Positions 40,531-54,276 of a stretch of DNA of 64,000 nt are shown piece by piece. Numbering within the stretch: position 1 is the first letter of the stretch; each line of letters opens with the position of its first letter. Origin of the DNA: Mobula hypostoma (lineage: Eukaryota); the NCBI RefSeq assembly GCF_963921235.1, contig NC_086097.1:86616001-86680000 (forward strand), written 5' to 3'. The notes beneath the pieces are model-generated. The model saw nothing but the letters and a program-made list of their open reading frames with translations, made no database searches and had not been told where the DNA came from. The translations under genes and the position numbers were made by a program.

Positions 40531-43404
40531 TTTGGGCACCATATTTATTTCCAACAGTTCTCAAGTAGCCACTGCTCAACTTCAAATTGTTATTGTAGAA
40601 TTTTGTCAAATTACATTATTTTGCCTTTCAGTTTTCTCTTGTGGGTTAGGCCAGTTCAGAGCCAAACATATTGCTTAGGGACAGGAGTCACCTTTAGACC
40701 AGATTGTGCAGATTTGTATATTTCATGATGAGGAACATTAGCTAAATTGGGCTTTTAGGACAATTTTGCTAACATACTATTGTAGTGAGATTTGAACTTG
40801 CATCTCTGTATTGTTAATCCAGTCTTCTGAGTTATTAGCCTGATAACCTAAGACAGCGTCCTTCACTGTTCTAGCTTGGCAGTTATACTCAAAGATTCAA
40901 AGCACATTTATTATCAGTGTATAAATTATACACCTTGAAATTTATCAGCTTATAGGCAGCCACAAAGCAAGAACTCCGAATAACCCCAATTTTAAAAAAA
41001 AGACCAAGAACCACTGTGCAGAGAAAGAGAAAAAAACACGCATCATGTAAACAATAGAAGCAAGCCAACATTGTCTCGAACCAGAGCAGCCAGAGTAGGC
41101 TCAATATATTTACAAAAATATTTTATGTGGCAATATTTAGAAACATTTTTTAGAGTATAAATAAAGCTCATTCTTCCTTCATTTTCTCTTGAAACCCTCA
41201 GCTATACATTCTTTGATTATGTCAAAGGCAGACTTTGTTCTCACTTGGCTATTTGCATGTTTATTTTCCTGCAGATAGTTACTAAATCAGGAAAAGGAAA
41301 CAATTTTTATGGTCTCTCTAATCAAGAGCCACCAAAGCCAATTTGCACTGTTTTTCTCTTGGAGTTAAGATAGACTAAATCAAATATTCTGTTCCATATA
41401 CCACATTATGGAAAACACTTTACTCCTTAGTCAAATCAAGTTACATTTGTTACTCACCTGTATACATGTATACTGTCAAACTAAACAACGTTCCTTCAGA
41501 CCAAGTTGCAGAGCACAATACATGTAACTTACACATAACACATGAAGTAATATTACCACTAGTAAATTTAATAAATAAAAAGATGCATTTGTGACGCAAG
41601 TTAAAAGTAAACAGTATAATGCTACCGGTGCTTTATGCATATTGATACCTGGGTGGTGACAGGAAATTTAATACTTTTATGGCCTGAGGGAAGAAGCTGT
41701 TTTCCATCCTAACAATTCATTCCCTAATGCTACAGTACCTCCTGCCTGATGGTAGGAAGTCAGAGAGGTAATTGGATGAATGGGAGAGATCATTGCATGC
41801 GCAGCATTCCTGATAAATATCTCTGATGGATTGAAGAGATCTTCTCAGCATTCCTTGCAATCCTTTGAAGGGACTTGCGGTCAGATATCTTACAGTTCCT
41901 GTACCAGCTAGTCATAAAGGAAAGATAATTTTTCCAGGAATCCCTTGCACATAGTTTCCCTCATGACACAGTAAGTTATTCTGTTGATAGCTGAAAAGTC
42001 ATTGGTTTAATCTTTGGTGCTGAGTTTGCCAATATCAAATGGAGCCACAATATTGATTCTCAAAGGCCTTATTGATTTGTGTAAAGGAAAAACCAGAAAA
42101 ATAAAAATGTATCAATTTAATGATCAAGCAACCTGTTGGGATTAGGAATTGTTCTTAATTCAACTGACCTGCCCTCATTCAGTAATCCATGGTCCAGCCA
42201 TATTTTTTTCCAAGTGGTTGTGTAGAGATGGTTATAGCCTGTGGAAACTTACTCTTTTTCACAAAGGTGTCAATGAGAAAGATGTCTTGATTTTTTTTTC
42301 TTTCTGAGCCCCTCAGTTATGTTGCAACTACTTTGTTTAAAAAGGTAAAAGATAAAATTAGACAAATCAGCCCACTTTGATATAGGTGTAAACATTAACA
42401 TTGCAAAATCACTCCCACCCTATTTGACATTGCTAAGTCCTCTTTCGGGCATCTGAGGACGGATATCTAAATGAGGTGTGATATTCCACCAGTTAGTCTA
42501 GCAATTGACTGTGACATTTGCAGCAATTGGCGTTTATGACAATGCTATAGTTTAACATGTCTGATTTTATGAGTGATACAATGGCACAATAATCACAACC
42601 TTGGTTCAAGTGTAGATCAAAGAACTGAATTCTCGAGGCGAACTAAAAATCACTGTTATTACATTAAGCATTTGAGTGTGACATCATTGAGCCCCGATAA
42701 AATTGAAAGCCATTAAAGGTTTGTGTCACACCTTAAATTGAGGAGGATTATTGTGACTGGAGGGTCATCCCTGCTCCATGATATGCAGACAGGAACTTAT
42801 AAGTACCTGATTATGACAGTCATCATCATAAGAGAATCTAGCCACTGATCATCAGCATTCAATTTATTACCTTTACCAAGTAAACCCACTTCCACCCCTC
42901 CCCACCACCATCAATACTATAAGGTTAGGAGGGTTGGTGATGGTGTTTAGCCATCCTGGACAGAGCAATCTGTTTGACTGCCATCACTCTTATCAAGTAA
43001 ACATTCATTCCCTCCAGCTGGTGCACAATAGCTGCTGTTTGTGCTATTATTTATCTTGGAAATCCAGCAGCATATTCTAAAACAATCTATTTTATTACCG
43101 ACAAGATTGACAATCACCACCAGATGCAGATTTCCTTCCCAAGTCATGCATCATCATGACTTGGAGTTATATCACTGTTCCTTCACCATCACAAAATCTA
43201 AATGCTAGAGCATTCTGTCCAGTGGCATTGAGGGAGCAGCTTTGCCAGAAGGAATGTAATAATGGCAGGTAGAAATAGGTTTTGAATACTAGCAATGCCA
43301 ATGAAGCACACATTCAGAAAGTCACATGATTTAAAAAGAACACCATCTTTAGACTAATTTGAATGAGATTTCATTATAATGTTAACTATAAATTTCCTTT
43401 ACAT

Positions 43405-44625
43405 CAGCGGTCCCCAACCACTGGGCTGCGGACCGGTACGGGGCCGCAAGGCATGCGCTACCGGGCTGCGAGGAAACAATACGAGTTGGCGATATGAATC
43501 AGCTGCACTTTTCCTCATTCCCTGTCACGCCCACTGTTGAGCTCGAACGCACGCGAGGTCATTACACATGCGTCACCCATGTCAGTGCGGGAAGGAGATC
43601 AACTTCTTGAGCTTGCAAATGACGGCGGGCTGAAAAGTACGTTTGATAGAACATTTCTGCCGGCATTCCGGATCAAAGTCAAGGCTACATATCCTGAGAT
43701 AGCTACAGAAGCACTGAAAATGTTGCTTCCATTTCCAACATATCTCTGCAATGAATGCAACGAAAACTAAATTGCGGAGTAGACTGGATATAAGGAACCC
43801 ATTCGTGTATCGCTGTCTCCCAAAACCCCTCGATAGGACCGTCTTGTTACAGTAAAACAAGTATTCAGCCCAGGGCTTCCACAGATGCGGCGATATTGGT
43901 GCGTTGCAATGATTTTATATGTTCATACAAGAAAGATCTGCGCTGTGTGTTTAATATCCAAATGTTACTTAAAATGTTATGATGCTACTGACTTATAAGT
44001 GACTTGTATAACCATATAACAATTACAGCATGGAAACAGGCCACCTCTGCCCTTCTAGTCTGTGCCGAACGCTACTCTCACCTCATCCCACCGACCTGCA
44101 CTCAGTCCATAACCCTCCGTTCCTTTCCTGTCTATATAGCTGTCCAGTTTAACTTTAAATGATAATATCGAACTTGCCTCTACCACTTCTACTGGAAGTT
44201 CGTTCAACACTTACTCCAAGCTCCCCTGTCCTCCGCTAATAATTGACTTATCACTATATTCATGCGAGGAAAATATGCGCTGTGTGTTTAATATTAAATT
44301 AATGTTAGATAAACCCTTTTAGAAATGAAATTGAGTGTATTAGCCACTTATCACCTATATTCCAGTTGTGATTAACACCCCCGCACGAACAGAATCGCCA
44401 AAGACGATTTGCAGAAAAAAATCGGCAAGTGCACGCATGCGCAGTGGTGCCCGCGCAAGGCTTCATGGTTATTGTAGTCTTTCTCAGGGTAAACACAACG
44501 TATTTGACTGCTCCTCTTTTCCGTTGGCAACCATTCCACCTCCCCCCACCCCCCGGTCGGCCAGTCCGCAAGAATATTGTCAATATGAAACCGGTCCGCA
44601 GTGCAAAAAAGGTTGGGGACCCCTG
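43405..44625 (+). mobile_element. Non-autonomous hAT (Buster/Charlie-type) transposon
   Basis: TIRs cagcggtccccaacc / ggttggggacccctg; perfect 8 bp TSD ctttacat (43397-43404 / 44626-44633) with central TA; dimerisation-domain remnant QLLELANDGGLK..YPEIATEALKMLLPFPTYLC..KTKLRSRLD. Confidence 0.92.
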
Positions 44626-45309
44626 CTTTACATAGTCCTGTATTTTGCTATTGATGCTGAATATATTTTGGCTAAAATGTCAAAAACTGCTATATTTATT
44701 CGCTTACTTGGTTCTTAAGCTTGCTATTGGAAGTTTTTTAGCAGTCAAGACAATATTGAACATCACCATTTACATTATTAGAATTGAGCTAAAATTTCAG
44801 TAGCGAAGTTTGCTCTTTTCTATGTGTTTGCCTCTTCATCTATTATCTTTGCACATTTGTTGACTCTCAATATCTTCAAACTTACGTTTTTTGTTCAAGC
44901 TTTGCTTACAGTTCTTCTCAATGACTGACCATTGCTACAACATTATTAAGTTTTATCTGATGTACAACCAAACGTCATACTTCACAATGTTCCAAATGTG
45001 GCTTCAGCCTATTAAGGGTGGTTGTATCTTTGTTGCTTTTGATTCGTGGAAATAATACGTTAATACCAATGTAAGTTATAAACTGACGCTTCTATAAAAA
45101 GAACTTGCATTGGTGCCTTGACCTGTTGGAAAATCATCCTTGTGTATTAACTAATTCAGTTGCCTTATGTGTTGTGGGGGAGATGATATACTTAATAGTA
45201 TGAGAATGTGTAGAAATGCCCTTGGATGTTTATAGTTTTCAAGGTGCAAGGACAGTGGTGGGTCAAATCTTATTTACTTGGGCATACATTTTTTTAATTC
45301 CATGAAATC

Positions 45310-45388
45310 TAGGGGTTCCCATCCTGGGGTTCATGGATTCCTCAGTTAATGGTAGGGGTCCATGGCATACAAAAGGTTGAGAACTCCC
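45310..45388. mobile_element. ~80 bp hAT mini-MITE (partial second copy ~45955-46002)
   Basis: aggggttccca..cct / aggttgagaact termini resemble hAT TIRs; internal aatggta..ggtccatggca is shared with ~45960. Confidence 0.55.
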
Positions 45389-47320
45389 TCATTAATGGGA
45401 GTTAACTATATATCCGGCGTATGAATTTGGTCATATTAAAATGAATTTTGATCCATTCTTATTCCATACAAATGGATTAGTGCAAGAAGGCAATTTGCTG
45501 TTTACCTGTTCGTGAGAAAATGTGTGTTTACTGGAATATCTGAACAATATGCAAATACAACTCGTGTATAAATGCATAATTCCTTGAAAATGATGACACG
45601 GGTAGACAAAATGGTGAAGAGGGTAAATAACATGCATTGTGTATAAGAGGTGGGATGTCATATTAGCTGTATAGAATGTTGGAGCATGAGACTACACTTG
45701 GAATATAGGCTGCCATACTATAGGAAGGATGTGATTGAGTGTGCCAGGGTGCAGAAAAGATTCATGAGGATGTTGATTCAGTAGGTGGGATAGGATGTAA
45801 CTAATTTTTTTCTGGACTACATAGTGACCGTAGAGAGGATTATCAATCTAATCAAATTTAATTGTTATTCAAACCATATATGGATACAGCCGAAGGAGAC
45901 AGTTCCTCAGGGGACCAAGGTGCAAAAACATTAAAAATAACGAGAAAGGATACCGTGCTTAATGGTATTGGTCCATGGCAAAAGAAAGGTTGGGAACCCC
46001 TGGTTTAGAGGGATTTCAACCAAATGACCAACTCAGGAAAGCGTCTCAATTGGCATGGAGAAATTGGCCTGAAGGGGCTATTTTCGTGATGCTTAATTCG
46101 ACGACTTGATGAGATAAGTATTTCTATAAATCTTCGGTCCCGAGTTTTTGGTTCCAATAAATACTTTTGGTTGCTTGTCTTGTATCAGTTGTATGCTTTT
46201 CATTGTGCTTGCACACCCCACAACCCTTTTGCCCCTCCTGTTCTTTCCTGATTCTTCTCATTTGTTCAAATTGCAGTTCCATGTATCTTTGTATAGCTAA
46301 TGATGTCTGTGGATTGGTTGCTAAGAAATAGCTGACTGATCAACTGGAGGACAACACAGCTGAGACCAAAGCAGCTATAGTAATGGCCTTTTTCCTGCAA
46401 TTAGAAATATACCCTATTCATGTCACTGAAAGCAACTCATTAGTTTTCATTTTGTCAAAAAAATTTAGGTTTGGAAAATGGTGAGCTTGCTGAGCACGTA
46501 AGCTATTTTCTAGTACTGTTTGGATTTGTAACTAAATGCAGACTGGTAAATCTAATTGTCCAAATTAATAAGTTGTGATCCTCCAGAGGCTCACTGGCAT
46601 TGCTGCAAACCTGCCATGGTTTCATTTAAATTGTTCCTTGTACTTGAATTGAGGGAGACAGTAAGTCATATCTTTTATAGAATAAAAATGCTGCTGATGA
46701 AGATGACTGCTTTCAGTATTGGCAGTCAGGAAATGACTAAGGGCGTCATTACTTTTAAAAACAAAAGCTTTGCATGCAATGCCTAATTATTTATAAATGG
46801 AGCATTTATATTTTTGCCCTTTGGCTTTGAGTTTTGTTACTGCCAACTATTTTCTTGTTGTTGACAATTGAGGGAAAGCAGCTGTGAGCATTGTTGGATT
46901 ATCAGGCTGTTAGCAATGTGCAGTTCTCCATGAAAGAGAAAAACAAACTGTCAGAGGTTATATTCACATGTTAATCCCACAAGGAAGCTTACTTATTTTA
47001 CATATTTTTGCTCAAACTAAAATACTTGAGTTCAGGTTAGAAAATTATATTCATAATAATTAATTGCAATGGAAATCATAGAATAATTAGAAGACATTGC
47101 AGATGCTGGAAGTCTAAAATGCAAATGAAGTTCAGCATGTCAGGCAGGATCCTTGATGAGGGAAACAATGTTTCAGGTGTATGTCATTGTTTTTAATTGT
47201 GTACAGGTGGTTTTGCCCTATTAATATAATTTGTGAGCTCACATTAGATCACTGTCTTGCACATTGCTAATGGAGCTGTTATATTCTGTACTTGTCAAAA
47301 TGAGTTTTCATTTCTAAGTA

Positions 47321-48920
47321 CAGGTTTCCCCTGCCATCTGAAGGTACAGCACTCCTATGAAAATGGTTCGTAAGCCGGAATGTCGTAAAGCGAAGAAGCA
47401 ATTACCATTTATTTATATGGGAAAATTTTGTGAGTGTTCGCAGACCCAAAAATAACCTGCCAAATCATGCCAAATAACACATAAAACCTAAAGTAACAGT
47501 AACATATAGTAAAAGCGGGAATGATATGATAAATATACAGCCTATATAAAGTAGAAATACTTTTCCAACAATCATTGCCGGCACTGTTCTCCGAAGCGAA
47601 AATCTCACACAAGCACTCTCGGCAGAAAATCTCACGCACGCGCTGTTGGCAAAAACACTCTCTCCAGTAACCTTCAACCTATGAAGCTGCCAAATCGTAC
47701 CAAATGTAAAAATACACAGCCTATATAAAGTAGAAATCACGTATGTACAGTGTAGTATCAGTTACTGGAATTGGGAAGACAGGGCAGAGCACACTGATGA
47801 TGGTGTGTTAGACTGAGTCGTGGCAGGTTTGGTGGTGCAGTGGCCCCACCCTCCAGGCCGCCAACCGATACATTGCCGCGAAGCATGCAGTGGTAGCCGG
47901 AAGGCACACAGCACATCTTTAAGAAAAAAGCCGAAATAAACATGCTAATTAATTAGGTGCTGCCCGACACGTAATTGTCTGCCCAGGTCAGTGCCGATTG
48001 CATCACCTCTGATCTGGGTCGACATTTACGTGTCGGGCAGCACCTAATTAATTAGCTTGTTTATTTGGGCTTTTTTCTTAAAGATGTGCTGGTTGCGTCC
48101 CGGCTACCGCTGTATTCTCCGCGAATCGGTATCTGTCCACGGCCCGGGGGTTGGGGTGGTGGGACACTGGGGTGTCATCTCTTCGTCTGTTTCCATTATG
48201 ATCAGGCGACTCATCTTCTCCTATGACTGCCCACCTTGATGTCGAAGGTTGAGGTTCGTCATCTGCTGTGGCTGATGTGGAAGGCTTGCTTGACTGCTGA
48301 GCCTCGCACATTTTTCTATCATACAGTTCTTTGTAAGGACTCAAACCATCCTGCAAATATCCCCTAAACCTACATACCCTTTCAAAATTAAAGTCGTACT
48401 TTATCATTGCAGCGAAAATCTCACGCAGTTGCTTCACGTTCATTTCGCTACTGAATTCGTTTTCGATTGTTATCCTTTCCTCTTCCAATTACATCGGCTC
48501 TTCATCTATCAGTTCTTGGTCATGGGATGCCAAAACTTTTCAACATCATCTTCGTCAGCTTCCACAAGCCAAACTCACGTTGTCCTTACTTCATTCACCA
48601 CGATCGAAACGCTTAATTATGTCTAGTTTTACGCTAAGTGTAACACCCTTACAAGCTCTTTCAGGCTTTTCCAATATCTCAGAACTCATCTTGCAAACGG
48701 CTACTCACAGGCATGTGTTAAAGCAATGCCGTTCTGAATCCGGGGGAGAGCGGCTGCTCGGGGCGCGCGCTGCCTTTTATCGTGCGCTGATTTTTATCGC
48801 GCACTGATTTTTTTCGTAACAGTGAAAACACCTTCTGAAAGCGAAAACAGGGTACTAATGTAGGTCTTTCGTAACAGTGAGGTTTCTTAAAGCGAACGTT
48901 CGAAAAGCGGAGGACACTTC
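47321..48920 (-). mobile_element. Internally deleted Tigger/pogo transposon
   Basis: TA TSDs; imperfect TIRs (caggtttcccc / ggaggacacttc). Minus strand: N-terminal HTH remnant from ATG 48689 (VTLSVKLDIIKRFDRGE) joined at ~48575 to C-terminal EDDVE..LASHDQEL..YKELYDRK; DDE domain missing. Confidence 0.88.
47844..48156. repeat. Long inverted repeat (~145 bp arms, ~17 nt loop)
   Basis: cagcacatctttaagaaaaaagccgaaataaacatgctaattaattaggtgctgcccgacacgtaa is mirrored at ~48026-48092 with 2-3 mismatches; outer arms are more diverged. Confidence 0.9.
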
Positions 48921-50020
48921 TATTCATGAACTAAATAGAAAGCTTAGTAGCGCCTATAGTTTTTAACTTTTTGATAAATTAACTTAACACAGGTATTCAT
49001 CCAGACACTTACAGCCAAGAGACATTCTACAAAGACATTTTGTTTGGAGGGCTACGTATGCTTCAGAGTGTATAAACTGAACAAGGCTAAAGTGGGGGAA
49101 GTGATAATGATATTAGTGATGTATGGCAAAGAACTTTCCGAGCAGTTCTAAACAGTTTATATCTATTTTTATTTATTCTTAAATTTATTTTATTCTATTG
49201 TAGCATAACTTCCCACTGTTCTGTGGCTTGATAACAAAGAAAAGTATCCTTGTGTAGACACAAGATTGCAGATACTGGAATATGGAATAAAAACTAGTTG
49301 ATAGAAGAACTCAGCGAGTCAGGAACAATCAGTGGAGGGAAATGGACACTTGACCCTTCATCTAGACTGAAGGATAAAGGGGAGATGGTCATTTTTTCTA
49401 CTTTTTTTTTTAAAAACGCGGGAGGGGAGGGTGGAAATAATGATAGAGACTTGGAGGTGATAGGTAGAAGGCAACATTTGATGGACTGATTAGAGATTAT
49501 GGTGGATCATGGAACCAGATGAGTGAGGCGAGGGCAGGTGAGATCAATAGTGGCAGGGGAGCCAGTGGAAGAAGTTTTTGAGTGATGGCCAGATGTAATG
49601 GGTGGAGAATGGGAAAGAACTGGTGATGGGAGGCTTGGGGTGAGTGTAGATATGAGGAGCAACACAGAAGTAGCTGTAGGTTGAAAATTGGAAGGGAGAT
49701 AGGGACTTAGGAACTTACAATGATCATGGAAGTGGTATGAAGCATTCTTGGAGCTATTGGCTCAGAAATCTGAATCTTCATGGACTTCATTCTTTAGTCT
49801 TAATGGAAGTGGCTGGTGAGATGCAAGAGACTATATGTTGTATGCTACTGGTGAGAGATGAGAGATGGTAGTGTTAGTTTTAATTTTCTAAAAAACTCTA
49901 GATTTGAGGAAGGTTCCATACGATTGAAAAATACTAAAACTGTGTGTGTGTGTATGTGTGTGTCTAAGAAAGAAAAACAAAAACACAGGTAGCTATAGAC
50001 CAGTAACTACATCTATCACT

Positions 50021-50777
50021 TTGGGAGCAAGAACAGGAAGGCAGATTATTATCTGAAAGGTGTGGAGTTAGGTAAGGGAGAAATACAAAGAGATCTAGGA
50101 GTACTTGTTCATCAGTCTCTGAAGGTGAATGAGCAAGTGAAGAAGGCTAATGGAATGTTGGCCTTTATTACAAAGGGAATTGAGTACAAGAGCAAGGAAA
50201 TCCTTTTGCATTTGTACAGGGCCCTGGTGAGATCACACCTAGAGTATTGTCTACAGTTTTGGTCTCCAGGGTTAAGGAAGGACATCCTGGCTATGGAGGA
50301 GGTGCAGCGTAGGTTCACTAGGTTAATTCCTGGGATGTCCGGACTGTCTTACACAGAGAGGTTAGAGAGACTGGGCTTGTACATGCCGGAATTAAGGAGA
50401 TTGAGGGGGGATCTGATTGAGACATATAAGATTATTAAGGGATTGGACAAGATAGAGGCAGGAAATATGTTCCAGATGCTGGGAGAGTCCAGTACCAGAG
50501 GGCATGGTTTAAGAATAAGGGGTAGGTCATTTAGGACAGAGTTGAGGAGGAACTTCTTCTCCCAGAGAGTTGTGGAGTTGTGGAACACGCTGCCTCAGAA
50601 GGCAGTGGAGGCCAATTCTCTGGATGCTTTCAAGAAGGAGCTAGATAGTAGGGGAATCAAGGGTTATGGGGACAAGGCAGGAACCGGGTATTGATAGTAG
50701 ATGATCAGCCATGATCTCAGAATGGCGGTGCAGGCTCGATGGGCCGAATGGTCTACTTCTGTACCTATTGTCTATTG
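50021..50777 (+). mobile_element. Young 5'-truncated CR1 nested in an old CR1 (~49800-51960)
   Basis: Open 210 aa ORF2 C-terminus (50062-50694); (CTATTGT)n tail; 9 bp TSD tctatcact (50012-50020 / 50778-50786). Confidence 0.9.
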
Positions 50778-52899
50778 TCTATCACTGTCAAAGGCAAAAG
50801 AAGCTATTATTGAAGAAGTTAGAGCACAGCACATCAAAATTCAGGGTCATGTGGTTTTCTCAAAGGGACATTTATGAAGAAATAAGAGATGTGGTTCAAA
50901 AGAAATGGATGGATGCAGTATACTTAAATTTGTGAAAGCATTTGATCATGTGTCACATCAAATGTTATTACAGCTCATTGGAGGTGATGGACATAGAAAA
51001 TTAGATGAATGAAAGCAAACATCAATGTGTCTTTTATTTTGGTTGGCAGGATGTAATGAGTAGTATGGCTCAGGGTTCAGTGTAGGGTGCTTATCTTCGT
51101 GCAGTTCAGATAAATAGAGAAAAGAACTAAAGATTAAATTTGCTGATGACAAAAAGATGGGAAAGTAAGCTGAGAGAAAGACATAAGAAAGCCATGAAGG
51201 GATGAGCAAATGTGAGTTAATGACAAAAATCTGGCAAATGGAGTGCAAGATGAAAATATGAAACTCGATATGGCTGAAACAATTTAAAAAACCATATGAA
51301 CAAAATGGTGAAAAATTACAGGAATCGAGGTGCTGTTGGACTTGATTTGCAAAATGCTATTATGCAGGTTCAGCAAATGCCTGTGAAAGATTTATTGCTA
51401 GGAAAATTGATTTCAAAAGTGGAAAATTTGTACTTAATTTGAGTAGGGCATGGGTGAGACTGCATCTGCAGAAGTGTAAACATTGTTTTTTATTGGAAGT
51501 AGTTTAGATAATTTTAACATAACTAGAATGAGTGCGTTGATTTCTGAAGAATAATTGGACAGGTTCTCCTGCACTTATTGGGATTCGGAATGGTGAGGGG
51601 ACTTGATTTGAAATATTTAAGATGTCCTTTGGGGTCTTGACAAGGTAGATGTGAAGAGAATGTATTGCTGTTGGTGAATCCAGAGCAAGAGGTCACGTTA
51701 AAAAGAAAGGGCCATCTATTTAAATAAGAAAAAGCAAAATATTTTGTTCTCAGAATTTTGAGTTTTGGAGCATTTTTTTCTTAGGAGGATGGATATGGTT
51801 TGAATATTTTTATAGCAGAGTTAAGTAGATAATTGATAAGCAAAGGATGAAAGTTTACAGTAACGAATATGGAATGAGGTTGTAATTGGATTAGCATGCT
51901 CATGTTAGGTGGTGGAGCAGGCTTGAGAGGCTAAGTGATTTACTCCTACTCCTAATTCAAATATTTGGATGCAATAATAGGATTGGACTTTAGTCCTAAA
52001 TTATGATATTCTTTTGATGTTATAGCCTGATGTCAGTATTGATCTTTATTTGGTTGTAGTTTCTCTTTATGCCAGTATAGAAGTGTATAATTTTTCAGGG
52101 CAGGAATGGAAGATTTTTTTTTTGGTTATTTGACGTCTTGCAGTGCCATGTAGCTTTGTATGTTCTTGAACTGTTCAATTTTCCCACCTCTGTTTAGAAA
52201 AATTAAAAGATTATAGTTAAATCTTCAATTAGTTTCTATTTTTATATATTAAAACAATAGTAAGAAGAGAGAATCTTTTCAGAATTAGATTTGCATTTGT
52301 TCTTTTTGCTTTCTGTAATAATATGTATTGAATGTTTGAAAGATTTGAGATCACAAATTCTGTAAGCAGTTTTACAGCATTAGCAGTTAGCTGATGACTC
52401 GCTTCATTTGCCCATTCCTTCAATTAAAGTACAAGTTCTGGTAGAAGAAGCATAGGGGCCATTATTTCATGATGCCATTGGGAGCAAAGGAGTGCAGTAA
52501 GACATGAATACTGGAAGTGAGTAAAATGAGAAAATCTGATGGAACGAAGCACCAGCCATTGGGTGATGATTGGCTCACCAAGTTGAACCAATCATTTTGC
52601 ATTGATATAATCCGCTTATCATTTTTTCTTAAGTAAAATTTTGTTTTATCTTAATCCTATATGTTTGGCTGCTTTAAACACAAGTAGGTGAGCCATGGTA
52701 GAATACTTAGCTCCTTAAATGACTTTGGGTACTTGTAGCCAGCTAATTCTACATCCATCTCATATCCATTGTTATTTATGGTTAACAATCTTTTAATCTT
52801 AATCCTAGTTAAAATGATGAGGTGACCTACAATCAGTTGCCATGATCTAAAGTGCTTCCCAAATTTCTAACATCTTCTGCACATAGAACTGTTTTCTAA

Positions 52900-53860
52900 T
52901 TTCATATCTGAAAGGCTTGGCTAATTTTTAGTGTCCCTGATTATAGATGGCCTATCAGCATACATATTTTCTATTTTTGCTCTATCTGCTCCTCATACCT
53001 TTGAAAATTTCTATACAATAGACTTGTAAATTCCAGCCTTGAGCCTGTAATGTGTTCACAGTTTAAATCTTGGAGTCCAGGTGTCATTCTGCTGCACTCA
53101 GTTGAATATCAGTGCACCCCTTGCCCCAGGGATATTTCCGAGAACTGTGAATACTACCAGCTGTAGTGGAGTAAGCAGGATTTTGATGAGCTTAGAATGA
53201 CTTGTACTCCACTGTACTTGAGTTGTTAAGGTACAAAATTCAGCATTTATCAGGCTCTTTCCTTTTTGTACTTGCTCATGACATCTTATTGATTTTATGT
53301 GCATGTTTACCCTCTCTTTTCCCCCTACCCTCTCCTTGACATTCTTGGATTTCTATACCTTAATATTGTTTTCATGGCCTTGACTGGAATTTTATTTCAG
53401 GCATAAACTATGGAATCATACTTAGATGTTAAGTGGGAGTTGATTGGGCCTGAAATTTTATTTTCTTCTTGTTGAACCAGACAACAGGAGTACTTCAACG
53501 CTAGTTGGCTTCTTTCTGCTGCTCCCTCTGTATGTTAAACCTTTCCAGAACACCTTTCCCCTCATTGAATTGTATTTTTGTGGACTGCTAATTTTTAATG
53601 CCCTAGATCTTTTGTACTGCTGACACATTGTACTCTCTAAAAATGCCATGAACTTGCTCATGAATTTCCTGGAGAAGTAGGAATAACTCATCCGTCTTCA
53701 GAAAAAGCTGCAAGTTAAAATCCACCATGCTGTTTCTTCTGCTTTTGTTAATCTTTTCTGTTTTTCCGTTGCTTTGTTTACCATTGTTAAAGCCTTCCTG
53801 CAATAAGCTGACCAAGGTTATGCACAATATTTGTCATTGTGTCTAACTTTAGCAGTATAG
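52900..53860 (-). mobile_element. Highly decayed CR1 fragment
   Basis: Reverse-complement remnants of RT-region and 3' motifs. Confidence 0.5.
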
Positions 53861-54276
53861 TGAACTGATTTCTATTTCATGAGACATAAAATGGAGTAAT
53901 ATATTACTTTATTGGTAGTAATGTCAGATTAAATTGAATTCAATCCCTGAATTGCAAAATCCAGTAAATTGAAAACATGACTTTAAATCTAAAATGAATC
54001 CAGTTAAGGAAGGAAACAACACAAGAAGTTTAATTAGCAATTGAAGCTTCAACTCCAGAATGCTATTTAAAGCTACATAGAACAGGTGATGGGAAAATAG
54101 CATTAATTTCAGCAGAAATTATATTATTTCCTGTTATGGGTGGAGCACTAACTTTTGAAAAATACTAAGGTTTTATGTGGCATTTATTACATTTTTACAT
54201 TTATTTCTATTTAGAGATACAGCATGGAGCGGACCCTTCCAGCCCAACAAGCCATACCACCCAGCAACCCACCTTT

